Assembly: GCA_045577945.1 (NCBI GenBank)
Contig: JAZNJG010000189.1
Coordinates: 1 to 59,505 of the forward strand
From: Bacilli bacterium
Lineage (GTDB): Bacteria > Bacillota_I > Bacilli_A > ML615J-28 > CAG-698
Length of the DNA stretch: 59,505 nucleotides
Reading direction: 5' to 3'
The notes beneath the pieces were generated by a model. That model saw only the letters and a list, made by a program, of their open reading frames with translations, was not told the origin of the DNA and ran no database searches. How positions within the stretch are numbered: the stretch's first letter is position 1; every line of letters starts with the position of its first letter. Positions 1-8,907 of the stretch are shown one piece after another. Position numbers and translations under genes: made by a program.

Positions 1-2
1 GT

Positions 3-2192
3 GAAGTAGTAATCACTGCAAGTCTAAAAGATGTTGAAGGTATTTCAGCCACAATTAAAGTAGTTGTAAAAGCCGAAGAACATACACATGTATATGATAA
101 AGAAGTAGTCGAAGATAAATATTTAAAATCTAATGCTACAACAGAAAGTGCTGCAGTTTATTATAAATCATGTGAATGTGGTGAGTTTGATAAAGAATTA
201 TCTGAAACATTTGAACATGGTGAACCATTAAAACCTATGGTTGTGCTAGTAAATAAAATTGAATGTTCCTTAGGTCAAGAATTAGAATTAAATAAAGGCG
301 ATGAAAAGGAATTAGTAATAACTGTATTACCAGATAACGCTACAAATAAAGAAGTAAGCGTTGTTTCTGAAAATCCTGAAATTTGCAAAGTAGAAGATAA
401 TAAAATTATAGCATTACAAAAAGGAAGTGCAAAATTAACAATTAAAGCTTTAGATGAATCTAATGTTTCTATTGAAATTATTATTACTGTAAAAGACAAC
501 AGCGAAGAAGAACTAGGAAAATATATGGAAGAATTCCTTGAAACTTTCCCTGAAGAAACAATGGATACATTACCTCAAGGAAATGAAATATACAATATAA
601 CATATGATTTTGAGAAAGTTATTAATAGTAAAGGGGAATTATCAAGAGAACAATTTGATACTGAAATTACTGGGAAGGTTATTTTAAGTATAGGCGAATC
701 TTCTTTAGAAAAAGAAGTATCAATATTAGTTTATGGAACATTCACTGATGAAATCGTTAAAGAATTTATGGATGCATTACCAAAAGAAGTGAACGAAAGT
801 ATTAAATTCTTAAGAAGCAGTGAGAAATATGGCGGAACAAAAATTCTTGCTATGGAATCTAGCATGCCTGAGTATTTAACTAAATCAGGAATGTATACAA
901 GACCATTCCATGATGAAGTTGTAATGATTAGAATTAATATAAGAACAACTGAACCAAAAGTATCAAGATATTATGATGTTCCTGTAAATGTTGCGGGGGA
1001 AACTATCGAATATAAAACAAATGCGGTTATGGAATGGTTATTCGGAGAATATAAAGAAAATAGTGTATTATACTATGACTCTCCAGCATTCCCTACTACA
1101 TGTGATACATATGATGCCACAATTAAATGGCTTGATAGCAAAGGTGATGATTTAGACTTTAGTAAAGTAGCTCAAGACCCGGTTTTAGGAGAATCAGTGG
1201 TTTTCAGTGCGAAAATTACAATTAGAGGAGAAACATACACACAAACAGCTGATTACTTTGTATGGAATAAATACTATCAAAGTGACGAAGAAAAATTAGA
1301 TGATTTTGTGAAAGCAATTAACTGGCAAGACATTAGAGCATATAAATACACATCTGCCGCATATTATGAAACTAATTACGGTTATTTACCATTCTATATC
1401 CCAGGAGAATCAGTTATCAATACTGATTATATGTGCGAACTTACATACGGAAGATGTAGAACAGGTATCATAAAAAAATCTACCGAATACATTGTAGTTC
1501 ATGATACAGCAGGTGGAGCACCAACTCATACAGCTGAATCATTTGCTCTAGATTTAAGAAATCAAAATAATAAAGAAAACAATCAATATATTTCATGGCA
1601 TTTCACTGTTGGAGAAGATGGAGTATTCCAAAGCTTACCTTTAGATGAAGTAGCATATCATGCCGGAGACGGTTCATATGAATATGGAGATGTATACTAT
1701 AATAGTACATATAAAAAAGCAGATTGTATTGGTGGCGGTAACAGAAATGGTATTGGAATAGAATCTTGTATTAATATGGGCGCTGATTACAACGTTACAC
1801 TAAGAAAACTTGCAAAATTAGTTGCAGAATTACTTCTTCAATATAATTTAAGTTTTGATAGAATTAAACAACATTGGCACTTCAGTGGAAAAGATTGTCC
1901 AGGCGTAATTAGACACACAGGTAGATGGCAAGAATTCAGAAACTTAGTCAAAATTGAATATTTTGCTAAAACACAATTAAAAGACTCAACATTTGAGTGG
2001 AAATCATTAACTCCTGATTTAATGGATGACACAGGAAAAGTAATCGTTAAAACTGGAGCACCTATGACATTAAAATATAGTGTAAAAGCATCATACAATG
2101 GTGTAACAAAAGAATACGAATTCTCTTCTAATACTCTAAAATTAGAAGATTTAATAGGCAAGGATCTAACTGGAACTAGCAACGAATATTAG
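3..2192 (+). CDS. 5'-partial Ig-stalked N-acetylmuramoyl-L-alanine amidase (Amidase_2); probable lipoprotein starting upstream of the window
   Basis: The frame is open from nt 3 (EVVITASLKD...HTHVYDKEVV...YYKSCECGE), so the ATG at 237 is internal. It has a Big_2-like segment (VLPDNATNKEV), Ig repeats, and the amidase motifs VVHDT, SWHFTV, DEVAYHAGDG, GIGIE and QHWHFSGKDCP. Confidence 0.85.
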   Translation, partial: EVVITASLKDVEGISATIKVVVKAEEHTHVYDKEVVEDKYLKSNATTESAAVYYKSCECGEFDKELSETFEHGEPLKPMVVLVNKIECSLGQELELNKGDEKELVITVLPDNATNKEVSVVSENPEICKVEDNKIIALQKGSAKLTIKALDESNVSIEIIITVKDNSEEELGKYMEEFLETFPEETMDTLPQGNEIYNITYDFEKVINSKGELSREQFDTEITGKVILSIGESSLEKEVSILVYGTFTDEIVKEFMDALPKEVNESIKFLRSSEKYGGTKILAMESSMPEYLTKSGMYTRPFHDEVVMIRINIRTTEPKVSRYYDVPVNVAGETIEYKTNAVMEWLFGEYKENSVLYYDSPAFPTTCDTYDATIKWLDSKGDDLDFSKVAQDPVLGESVVFSAKITIRGETYTQTADYFVWNKYYQSDEEKLDDFVKAINWQDIRAYKYTSAAYYETNYGYLPFYIPGESVINTDYMCELTYGRCRTGIIKKSTEYIVVHDTAGGAPTHTAESFALDLRNQNNKENNQYISWHFTVGEDGVFQSLPLDEVAYHAGDGSYEYGDVYYNSTYKKADCIGGGNRNGIGIESCINMGADYNVTLRKLAKLVAELLLQYNLSFDRIKQHWHFSGKDCPGVIRHTGRWQEFRNLVKIEYFAKTQLKDSTFEWKSLTPDLMDDTGKVIVKTGAPMTLKYSVKASYNGVTKEYEFSSNTLKLEDLIGKDLTGTSNEY

Positions 2193-2241
2193 TTGTATTG
2201 ATCTTATTTGATATATAAAATTAGAAAGGATAAATAAATAT

Positions 2242-4914
2242 ATGAAAAAAATAATATTTGTTCTGACGTTAATGCTAAGTTTATTATTATTAGCTTGTAA
2301 TGGAGAAATAAAATATGAAATATCATTTGAGGGAGAAGACACAATAGAGTTATCTATTGGAGATACTTATGAACTTAAATATTCTCTTACTAATGACGGA
2401 ACAGCCGGAATTGAATTATATAGTGATATAGTTACTTTAGAAGGAAATATGTTAACAGCTGTTAAAGAAGGTTCATCATCATTATTAATATATTGTAATG
2501 AAGATAAAGGAATAACTAAAGAAGTAAATATTATAGTAAAGGCCAAAATATCATCATTAAATATTGATGTAAAAACTGAACTTGTAGTTGGGGAAGAGGT
2601 AGAAATAAAAGTTATTCCTAACGAAGAAGGAGAATTAAATTTAACTTATAGTTTAGATAACGATGTTCTTTCTATTAATGAAGAAACAAAAAAACTTGTA
2701 GCAAATAAGACAGGAAAAGCTGTTTTAACTGTAAAAGATGAAGTGCTAAATATTAGTGCTAATGTTGAAATTACTGTTTTAAACAAGATTGAATCTTTCG
2801 ATGTTTCTGATTTAGTATTAAAATTAGAAGAAGAAAAAGAATTACAAATTAGTTATGATAATACATGTAAAGTTGATTTTATCTTATCAACAAAAGATGA
2901 CATCGTTACAGTTGATGGATTAAAAGTAAAAGCTAACAAAACTGGAAAGACTGTAATTACTGTAACTGATAAGATAACTAACTTATCAAAAGAAGTTAAC
3001 GTAGAAGTAAAGAAAGTATTAACTGATTTTGTGGTTGTATTTGGTGAAGCTGTTGTTGGTAAAGAAGTAACAGCAGATTACTCATATGAAAAAGACGTAG
3101 AAGTTAATTTTGAAATTACCTTTAGTAACGATAATTTAACATTAGAAAATGGGAAAATCATAGCTAAAAAAGAAGGTAATGTAAAGGTTACTGTTTTAGA
3201 AATTAATAGTGGAATCGTTAAAGAATACGATTTAACAGTTGAAAAAGGAAAAGAAGATCCAGATCAATTACTGAATAATTTATTAGACTGGGCAATTAAT
3301 GAAGTAGGAACATGCGGAGAATTTGAAGTGATTCTACCTGAAACTCATCCGGATTATCAATGTGAATATGTATGGGAAAGTAGTGATGAATCTATTTTTG
3401 CCTTAGATGGATTTCTAGAATATGTAGAATTTGATACAGACGTAGACATTACATGTAAAGTAATTTATGAGGGAAAGGAAAAATCAAAAACTTTCACTTT
3501 TACGATTTTAGGATATGCGTTCCAAGAACTTGCACAAAAGTTTGAAAAGCAATTCCCTGGCGGAAGAATTTTCCAAACAATGAATTTAGTAACAAATTAT
3601 CCAGACTATTATGGTGGAACAATTATTAAATGGGAATCAAGTAATCCTGATGTCTTTACGAATAAGGGTGAATATATTAAACCAGTTAATAATACTAATA
3701 TCATATTGTATTATACTATTCAATTAGGAAGTCCAAATCTTTCAAGAAATTTTGAAGTAGAATTAGAAGTTGAAGGAATGACAATAACTGATGTTAAAGA
3801 AGAAATTGTATCTTGGGCTAAAGATAATATTGGTATCAATGGAGCAATCGATGAGAATACTATATTCCCTAACTATTTAGAAGAATATGGTGCTGAACTT
3901 ATATGGTTTGATGCATTTGGCAATCCATTAGTTGTAGAAAAATTTGTTGGAAATCCAATTTATAGTCAAGGTGTCGATGTTCAGTTGAAAATCATATATA
4001 AAGGACATTCAGCTTTAGTAGACTTACACTACAACACATTATCAGCCGAAATTACTGATATGTGGGATGCAATTGAAATATTTACTAATACAATTTCAGA
4101 ATTTAATGTAAGAGAATATGAATATAATTTAGTAAATTGGAATAGTTTTGAAAAAGGATATATTCCATTTTATAACAATAATGACTCTCAAATTATAGAA
4201 AGTATTTTACCATATACATATGGTAAGCAAAGAACTGGTATTAAGAAATCTTCAACTGAATATGTAGTAGTTCATGATACTGGTAATCCAGGAGCAGGTG
4301 CTAATGCAGAAATGCATAATAGATATATTACTAATTTAAATAATGATTCTAAATCAACATCTATTTCTTGGCATTTTACAGTTGATGAAAAATCAATCTA
4401 TCAACATTTACCATTAGATGAAGTTGCATGGCATGCAGGAGATGGTTCAAGAAAATATGGTGAAGTATACTTCAATAACGATTATCAAGCATGGAGTATT
4501 GGTGGCGGAAATTACAATGGAATTGGTATAGAATCATGTATCGATAAGGGTAGTGATTATACAAAAACAATGAGAATACTAGCTAAACTTGTTGCTGAAT
4601 TATTAATTGACTTTGAACTTTCTATAGATAGAGTAAAACAACATAACCATTTTTCTGGCAAAAACTGTCCTCAAGTTATGAGAGAAAACGACAGGTGGAA
4701 TGAATTTATTCTATTAGTTCAATTAGAATATTTTGCTAAGACAACGTTAAAAGGTGTTAAGTTTGAATGGAAATCTTTATCTGATTGCTTAGATAATACA
4801 GGAAGAGTAACATCTGATCAACCTGTAGGAACAAAATTAAATTATCAAGTTACAGCTACTTATCAAGGAGAAAGCAAAACATATACATATACAAGCGTGT
4901 TAAAAGCTAGATAG
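2242..4914 (+). CDS. Lipoprotein with long Ig-like stalk and C-terminal Amidase_2 (XlyA/PlyL-type Zn amidase); tandem paralogue of the upstream gene
   Basis: Lipobox LLLAC and repeated Big_2/atrophied-Ig motifs (WESSNPDVFTNKG). Amidase motifs VVHDT, SWHFTV, DEVAWHAGDG, GIGIE and QHNHFSGKNCP are present. Confidence 0.88.
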   Translation: MKKIIFVLTLMLSLLLLACNGEIKYEISFEGEDTIELSIGDTYELKYSLTNDGTAGIELYSDIVTLEGNMLTAVKEGSSSLLIYCNEDKGITKEVNIIVKAKISSLNIDVKTELVVGEEVEIKVIPNEEGELNLTYSLDNDVLSINEETKKLVANKTGKAVLTVKDEVLNISANVEITVLNKIESFDVSDLVLKLEEEKELQISYDNTCKVDFILSTKDDIVTVDGLKVKANKTGKTVITVTDKITNLSKEVNVEVKKVLTDFVVVFGEAVVGKEVTADYSYEKDVEVNFEITFSNDNLTLENGKIIAKKEGNVKVTVLEINSGIVKEYDLTVEKGKEDPDQLLNNLLDWAINEVGTCGEFEVILPETHPDYQCEYVWESSDESIFALDGFLEYVEFDTDVDITCKVIYEGKEKSKTFTFTILGYAFQELAQKFEKQFPGGRIFQTMNLVTNYPDYYGGTIIKWESSNPDVFTNKGEYIKPVNNTNIILYYTIQLGSPNLSRNFEVELEVEGMTITDVKEEIVSWAKDNIGINGAIDENTIFPNYLEEYGAELIWFDAFGNPLVVEKFVGNPIYSQGVDVQLKIIYKGHSALVDLHYNTLSAEITDMWDAIEIFTNTISEFNVREYEYNLVNWNSFEKGYIPFYNNNDSQIIESILPYTYGKQRTGIKKSSTEYVVVHDTGNPGAGANAEMHNRYITNLNNDSKSTSISWHFTVDEKSIYQHLPLDEVAWHAGDGSRKYGEVYFNNDYQAWSIGGGNYNGIGIESCIDKGSDYTKTMRILAKLVAELLIDFELSIDRVKQHNHFSGKNCPQVMRENDRWNEFILLVQLEYFAKTTLKGVKFEWKSLSDCLDNTGRVTSDQPVGTKLNYQVTATYQGESKTYTYTSVLKAR

Positions 4915-4921
4915 GAGTTTT

Positions 4922-5611
4922 ATGCGTTGCAAAAAATGTGGAAGAGAAGTATCCGATAATAGCATATTTTGTATAAATTGTGGTGAAAAGGTAGAAAAAA
5001 GCACCATAAAAATATGCAAAAAGTGTGGCAAAGAAAATGAAGACATTTATATGTTTTGTTCGGGATGCGGTTCATTATTAGATAACTATGATGAAAATTT
5101 AGAAGATAAAAAAGATCAAGCTAAAGTGGTTTGCAAAAATTGTGGGAATGAAACAAACGAAGATAGCGCTTATTGTCAGCACTGTGGAAAAAATCCTAAT
5201 GAAGAAATGAAGAATTATTGCCCAAATTGTGGAATATTAAATCCCAATGAAAACAATTATTGTTTAAGATGTGGTTCACCACTGAAGAAAGACAAAGATA
5301 AAGACAATATCTTTAACAAAAATAATAAATCCTATGATAATATACATATAAAACCTAAAATAAAAACATCTGTATCGCTAATTTTAGGAATAATTGCAAT
5401 ACTACTGTCTCCAGGAGTTGCAACTATTGTTTTATCAATATTATCTATAGTATATTATGCGAAGGAAAAAGAAACACATCCAAAAGAACAAAGAATTGTG
5501 GGGCTTGTGCTGTCTATAATAGCATTGTTTATAACATTTATAAGAGCAATATTATTTATTTTATCTCTAATTTATGGGCCAGACTTTGATGTTCCAGGAT
5601 ATTTCTATTAA
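4922..5611 (+). CDS. Multi zinc-ribbon membrane protein (four double-zinc-ribbon units plus C-terminal TM helices)
   Basis: Eight CxxCG motifs in pairs, then two hydrophobic segments. RBS ggag upstream. Confidence 0.8.
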   Translation: MRCKKCGREVSDNSIFCINCGEKVEKSTIKICKKCGKENEDIYMFCSGCGSLLDNYDENLEDKKDQAKVVCKNCGNETNEDSAYCQHCGKNPNEEMKNYCPNCGILNPNENNYCLRCGSPLKKDKDKDNIFNKNNKSYDNIHIKPKIKTSVSLILGIIAILLSPGVATIVLSILSIVYYAKEKETHPKEQRIVGLVLSIIALFITFIRAILFILSLIYGPDFDVPGYFY

Positions 5612-5625
5612 TTTAAAAAGTAAAT

Positions 5626-5660
5626 AAAAAAAGGTAATCTGTTTAGATTACCTCTTTTTT
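5626..5660. terminator. Bidirectional intrinsic terminator
   Basis: aggtaatct-gttt-agattacct hairpin flanked by A- and T-runs between convergent genes. Confidence 0.8.
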
Positions 5661-5681
5661 ATAATGATATATAATAAATAT

Positions 5682-6272
5682 TTATTTTTGAAGTAAAATT
5701 ATTTTTTTTCTATCAAATATAATAATTCCTTCTTTCTTTAAAGTAATAAGTTCTCTAGAAAGTGAAGGTCTAGGAATACATAGATATCGAGCTAATGCCT
5801 CTTTAGATTTTATAAAGAAATAATTCTTATTGGTTTTCTTTAAATTATCATATAGTAAAAATAGTATCTTATCCCTTATGCTACCTTGGGATAATATCTT
5901 TACCTTCTCTTGTATCTTCATAGAAGTATTAGATATCATACTCAAGTAATATTCTAAAAAGTTTTTATTTTCTAAAGCTTTTAGAAAATTATTCTTACTA
6001 AATTCAATAACCTCAGTTTTTTTAAGAGCAACAGCTGAGCCCAAATAGATATTATTTTTTGAAAACAAAAGTAATCCTCCATAAAAATCTCCCTCAGAGA
6101 CACAATTTATCTCATATTCATTATTATAATAAGTTAAAGTTTTAATAGAAATAGTACCAGAGATAATAAAACCTATTTTAGTGCATTCATCACCCTCATC
6201 AAATACTATTTCACCTTTTTTATAAGTTATTTCTTTATATAAAGATTTGTCAATTCCAAAATCATCAAACAT
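5682..6272 (-). CDS. Crp/Fnr-family transcriptional regulator (HcpR-like)
   Basis: cNMP-like domain (YKKGEIVFDEGD...GFIISG) and HTH SKEALARYLCIPRPSLSREL. Confidence 0.88.
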   Translation of the reverse strand: MFDDFGIDKSLYKEITYKKGEIVFDEGDECTKIGFIISGTISIKTLTYYNNEYEINCVSEGDFYGGLLLFSKNNIYLGSAVALKKTEVIEFSKNNFLKALENKNFLEYYLSMISNTSMKIQEKVKILSQGSIRDKILFLLYDNLKKTNKNYFFIKSKEALARYLCIPRPSLSRELITLKKEGIIIFDRKKIILLQK

Positions 6273-6295
6273 AAGTCTCTCCTAAAATAACTTTT

Positions 6296-6309
6296 GTAAC
6301 ATATGTTAC
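6296..6309. promoter_or_regulatory. Perfect palindrome GTAAC-ATAT-GTTAC, candidate operator of the adjacent Crp/Fnr regulator
   Basis: 14-bp perfect inverted repeat in the divergent intergenic region. It resembles the GTAAC-N4-(G/C)TTAC motif recalled for clostridial HcpR-type regulators. Confidence 0.65.
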
Positions 6310-6385
6310 GATAAATTTATTATATAATAATTATAATATATTGTCAAATAATATAAAAAATATATTTAAATAAGGAGAAAAAGAA

Positions 6386-7312
6386 ATGAAAAGTTTAAAA
6401 AAATTATTTACAGTTATGTTACTAATCTTTGGTTTATTATTATTAGTAGGATGCGGTGAAGAAGATAATAAAACTTACAAAGTATTGCTTCCTTCAGGAA
6501 CTCCATTGATGGCAGTTGGAGGATTGCTAGATGATGCTGAATTTGATTTTAAGGTTGTTAATGGACAAGATCCATTAATTTCTGGTTTTACTTCAGCTGA
6601 ATACGATATGATTATTGCCCCTATTAATTTAGGAACTAAGTTCTACATTGCGGGAAAATCTAACTATCAATTTAAAGCAATCATCACAACAAATAATACA
6701 TATATTATTTCTAAGGGTGAAATTTCAAGTTTAAAAGATTTACAAGGCAAAAAAATAACTGCATTTGGAGCATCTGCTGCTCCTGGACTAGCACTTAAAG
6801 GTGCATTAGATATAAAAGGAATTGATACTACTGTTAATTATCAAAATAGTGCTGCTGATGTAATGATGTTATATTCAAGCAATACTGATGATAGTGATTT
6901 CTATTTATCTGCAGAACCAAACATTACAAAAATTGAAGATAAAACAGGAAAAACAATCAATAAAATTAGTTTACAAGAACAAATTAAAGATGAATTACCT
7001 GTACTAATTCAAGCTTGTTTATTTGTAAATCCAAATAGTAATGTAAGTAATAAGGTTATTAACAAAATTAAAGAGAATATTGAAAATATGAACAAAAATC
7101 CAGAAAACTATGCTAAACAAGTACTAAATAAGAATGATTTCTTTAATGGATTAGGGGAAAGTGTAATAGCAAAAGCAATTCCGAATTGTAATATTGACTT
7201 TATTGAAGCCAAGGATAACAAAGATGTAATTACAAAATACTATGATTTTTTAAATAAATATCAAAATGCAGTTTTAGGAGGAAAGACACCTAGTGAAGAG
7301 TTCTACATCTAA
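6386..7312 (+). CDS. ABC transporter substrate-binding lipoprotein (NitT/TauT/SsuA-like)
   Basis: Lipobox LLVGC; motifs PSGTP, SLKDLQGKKI and LSAEP; followed by a permease. Confidence 0.8.
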   Translation: MKSLKKLFTVMLLIFGLLLLVGCGEEDNKTYKVLLPSGTPLMAVGGLLDDAEFDFKVVNGQDPLISGFTSAEYDMIIAPINLGTKFYIAGKSNYQFKAIITTNNTYIISKGEISSLKDLQGKKITAFGASAAPGLALKGALDIKGIDTTVNYQNSAADVMMLYSSNTDDSDFYLSAEPNITKIEDKTGKTINKISLQEQIKDELPVLIQACLFVNPNSNVSNKVINKIKENIENMNKNPENYAKQVLNKNDFFNGLGESVIAKAIPNCNIDFIEAKDNKDVITKYYDFLNKYQNAVLGGKTPSEEFYI

Positions 7313-8096
7313 TACTACTCAAAAAGGTCTTTCGGAAAATAATATATCAAAACCAAGAGATGAATTTATAAAGAAAGGAAACATATTCTTCTGCATAGGA
7401 ATTGTAATATTGTTATCAATTTGGTTTATTCTAAGCTTATATGAGAATAATATAGTTGTTCCAAGTATCCCCTCCGTGATAGAAGATATATTTAGTTTAA
7501 TTATTAGCAAAAAAATACTTCTAATTGTTTTTACAATAATAAAGCTACTATTAATATTAATAGTCTCATTTGTAATAAGTTATTTGATTGCGTTCTTTTC
7601 TTACAAATACATATATGTTCGAAAACTATTTGCTCCTATCATTGCTTTTATGAGAAGTGTTCCAATCGCTAGTTTTGTCTTTATATTACTTTTACTAATA
7701 GGAGATGAATTCACGCCATTCATTATAACCTCATTTGTTATAATACCAGTAGCTAGCGAAACATTATATAGTCATTTTAACAATATAGATAAATCAATAA
7801 TTGATGAAACAAAATTAGTTAGTAATATTAACCTAAAGATATTTAGTACTCTATTTATACCAATGTTACTAAAACAAATAATATCAGTTGTGTTATCGTG
7901 TTTTGGATTAGGATTAAAAGTAATGATAATGAGTGAGGTAATATTATATACGGAAAACACTATTGGGTATGAAATTCAAATGTCAAAAAATGAAATAATG
8001 GATTTTACAAGATTATATTCTTGGACAATAATAGTATTAATATTAGTCTTTGTTGTGGAAGGAATAATAAAGAAAATTGAAAATAAGATAAAATAA
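7293..8096 (+). CDS. ABC transporter permease (NitT/TauT-type)
   Basis: Multiple TM helices, VVPSIPSV, MRSVPIAS, an EAA-like loop (IDKSIIDETKL) and GLGLKVMIMSE. The start codon is uncertain. Confidence 0.82.
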   Translation: MKSSTSNTTQKGLSENNISKPRDEFIKKGNIFFCIGIVILLSIWFILSLYENNIVVPSIPSVIEDIFSLIISKKILLIVFTIIKLLLILIVSFVISYLIAFFSYKYIYVRKLFAPIIAFMRSVPIASFVFILLLLIGDEFTPFIITSFVIIPVASETLYSHFNNIDKSIIDETKLVSNINLKIFSTLFIPMLLKQIISVVLSCFGLGLKVMIMSEVILYTENTIGYEIQMSKNEIMDFTRLYSWTIIVLILVFVVEGIIKKIENKIK

Positions 8097-8120
8097 AAAG
8101 CTGGTTCCCCAGCTTTTTTT
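8095..8120 (+). terminator. Intrinsic terminator
   Basis: aaaaagctgg-ttcc-ccagcttttt followed by T-run. Confidence 0.8.
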
Positions 8121-8305
8121 GATTTCATTATTAAGTCTATAAAGGTACACCTTTATGTACCAATAATATTTTACCACAGTTTAATAAAATATGCAAATAA
8201 AAATATATATTTAAGCATATTTTTCAGTAATATGAAGTAAATTTAATAATCATATGAAGTTTTCAAAAGTGTACAATTACAAACGTATTATTTGGAGGTT
8301 ATTTT

Positions 8306-8683
8306 ATGAAATTTTGTAGCAAATGTGGTAAAGAATTACACGATGATGCAGTTGTATGTGTAGGATGTGGTTGTCCTGTTTCATCAGGATCACAACAAAA
8401 TCAACAAGTACAACAATATGGTAGTTTCGGACAAAAGAAAGAAAAAGAATACGGGGGATTAGCAACTGCCGCAAAAGTTTTTGCAATATTAGGGTGTATA
8501 GGAATGGGATGGATGCTAATTCCTTTAGCATGGTGTTTACCAATAACAATAAGTTTTTGCAATAAAGTAAAAAAAGGGGAAGAAGTAGGAGTAGGATTAA
8601 AAGTTTGCATGCTATTATTTGTTAGTTTTCTTGGTGGTATATTGGCACTATGCATGGGAGAAGCAAAAGAAAAGAATAACTAA
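8306..8683 (+). CDS. Zinc-ribbon membrane protein
   Basis: MKFCSKCG...CVGCG, a Gln-rich linker and hydrophobic helices. RBS ggagg. Confidence 0.8.
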   Translation: MKFCSKCGKELHDDAVVCVGCGCPVSSGSQQNQQVQQYGSFGQKKEKEYGGLATAAKVFAILGCIGMGWMLIPLAWCLPITISFCNKVKKGEEVGVGLKVCMLLFVSFLGGILALCMGEAKEKNN

Positions 8684-8787
8684 AACGCATGTTACAGTAT
8701 TAAGTAGGAGGCTTATAGAAATAACAAATCAATTTTAATAATAAGATAGTAGAGGAACAAATAAATTTTTTAATAAGTATAATAAAT

Positions 8788-8822
8788 AATCTATTGGGTT
8801 AACCAATGGATTTTTATTTTTT
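8788..8822 (+). terminator. Probable intrinsic terminator
   Basis: aatctattgg-gttaa-ccaatggatt followed by T-rich tail. Confidence 0.55.
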
Positions 8823-8907
8823 ATTTGTTATATACATTTTTAAAAAAATATGATAGAATAAAGAAAATACATACAAGTAATATATTATAAGAAAGTGAGA
8901 ACTTAAA

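Noticed and set aside
237-239. ATG 237 as the start of the first gene
   Set aside because: The frame is open from nt 3, encodes a conserved repeat upstream of 237, and there is no RBS before it.
3-4914. Amidases as prophage endolysins
   Set aside because: They have long Ig stalks and (where visible) a lipobox. There are no holin, integrase, terminase or structural genes nearby.
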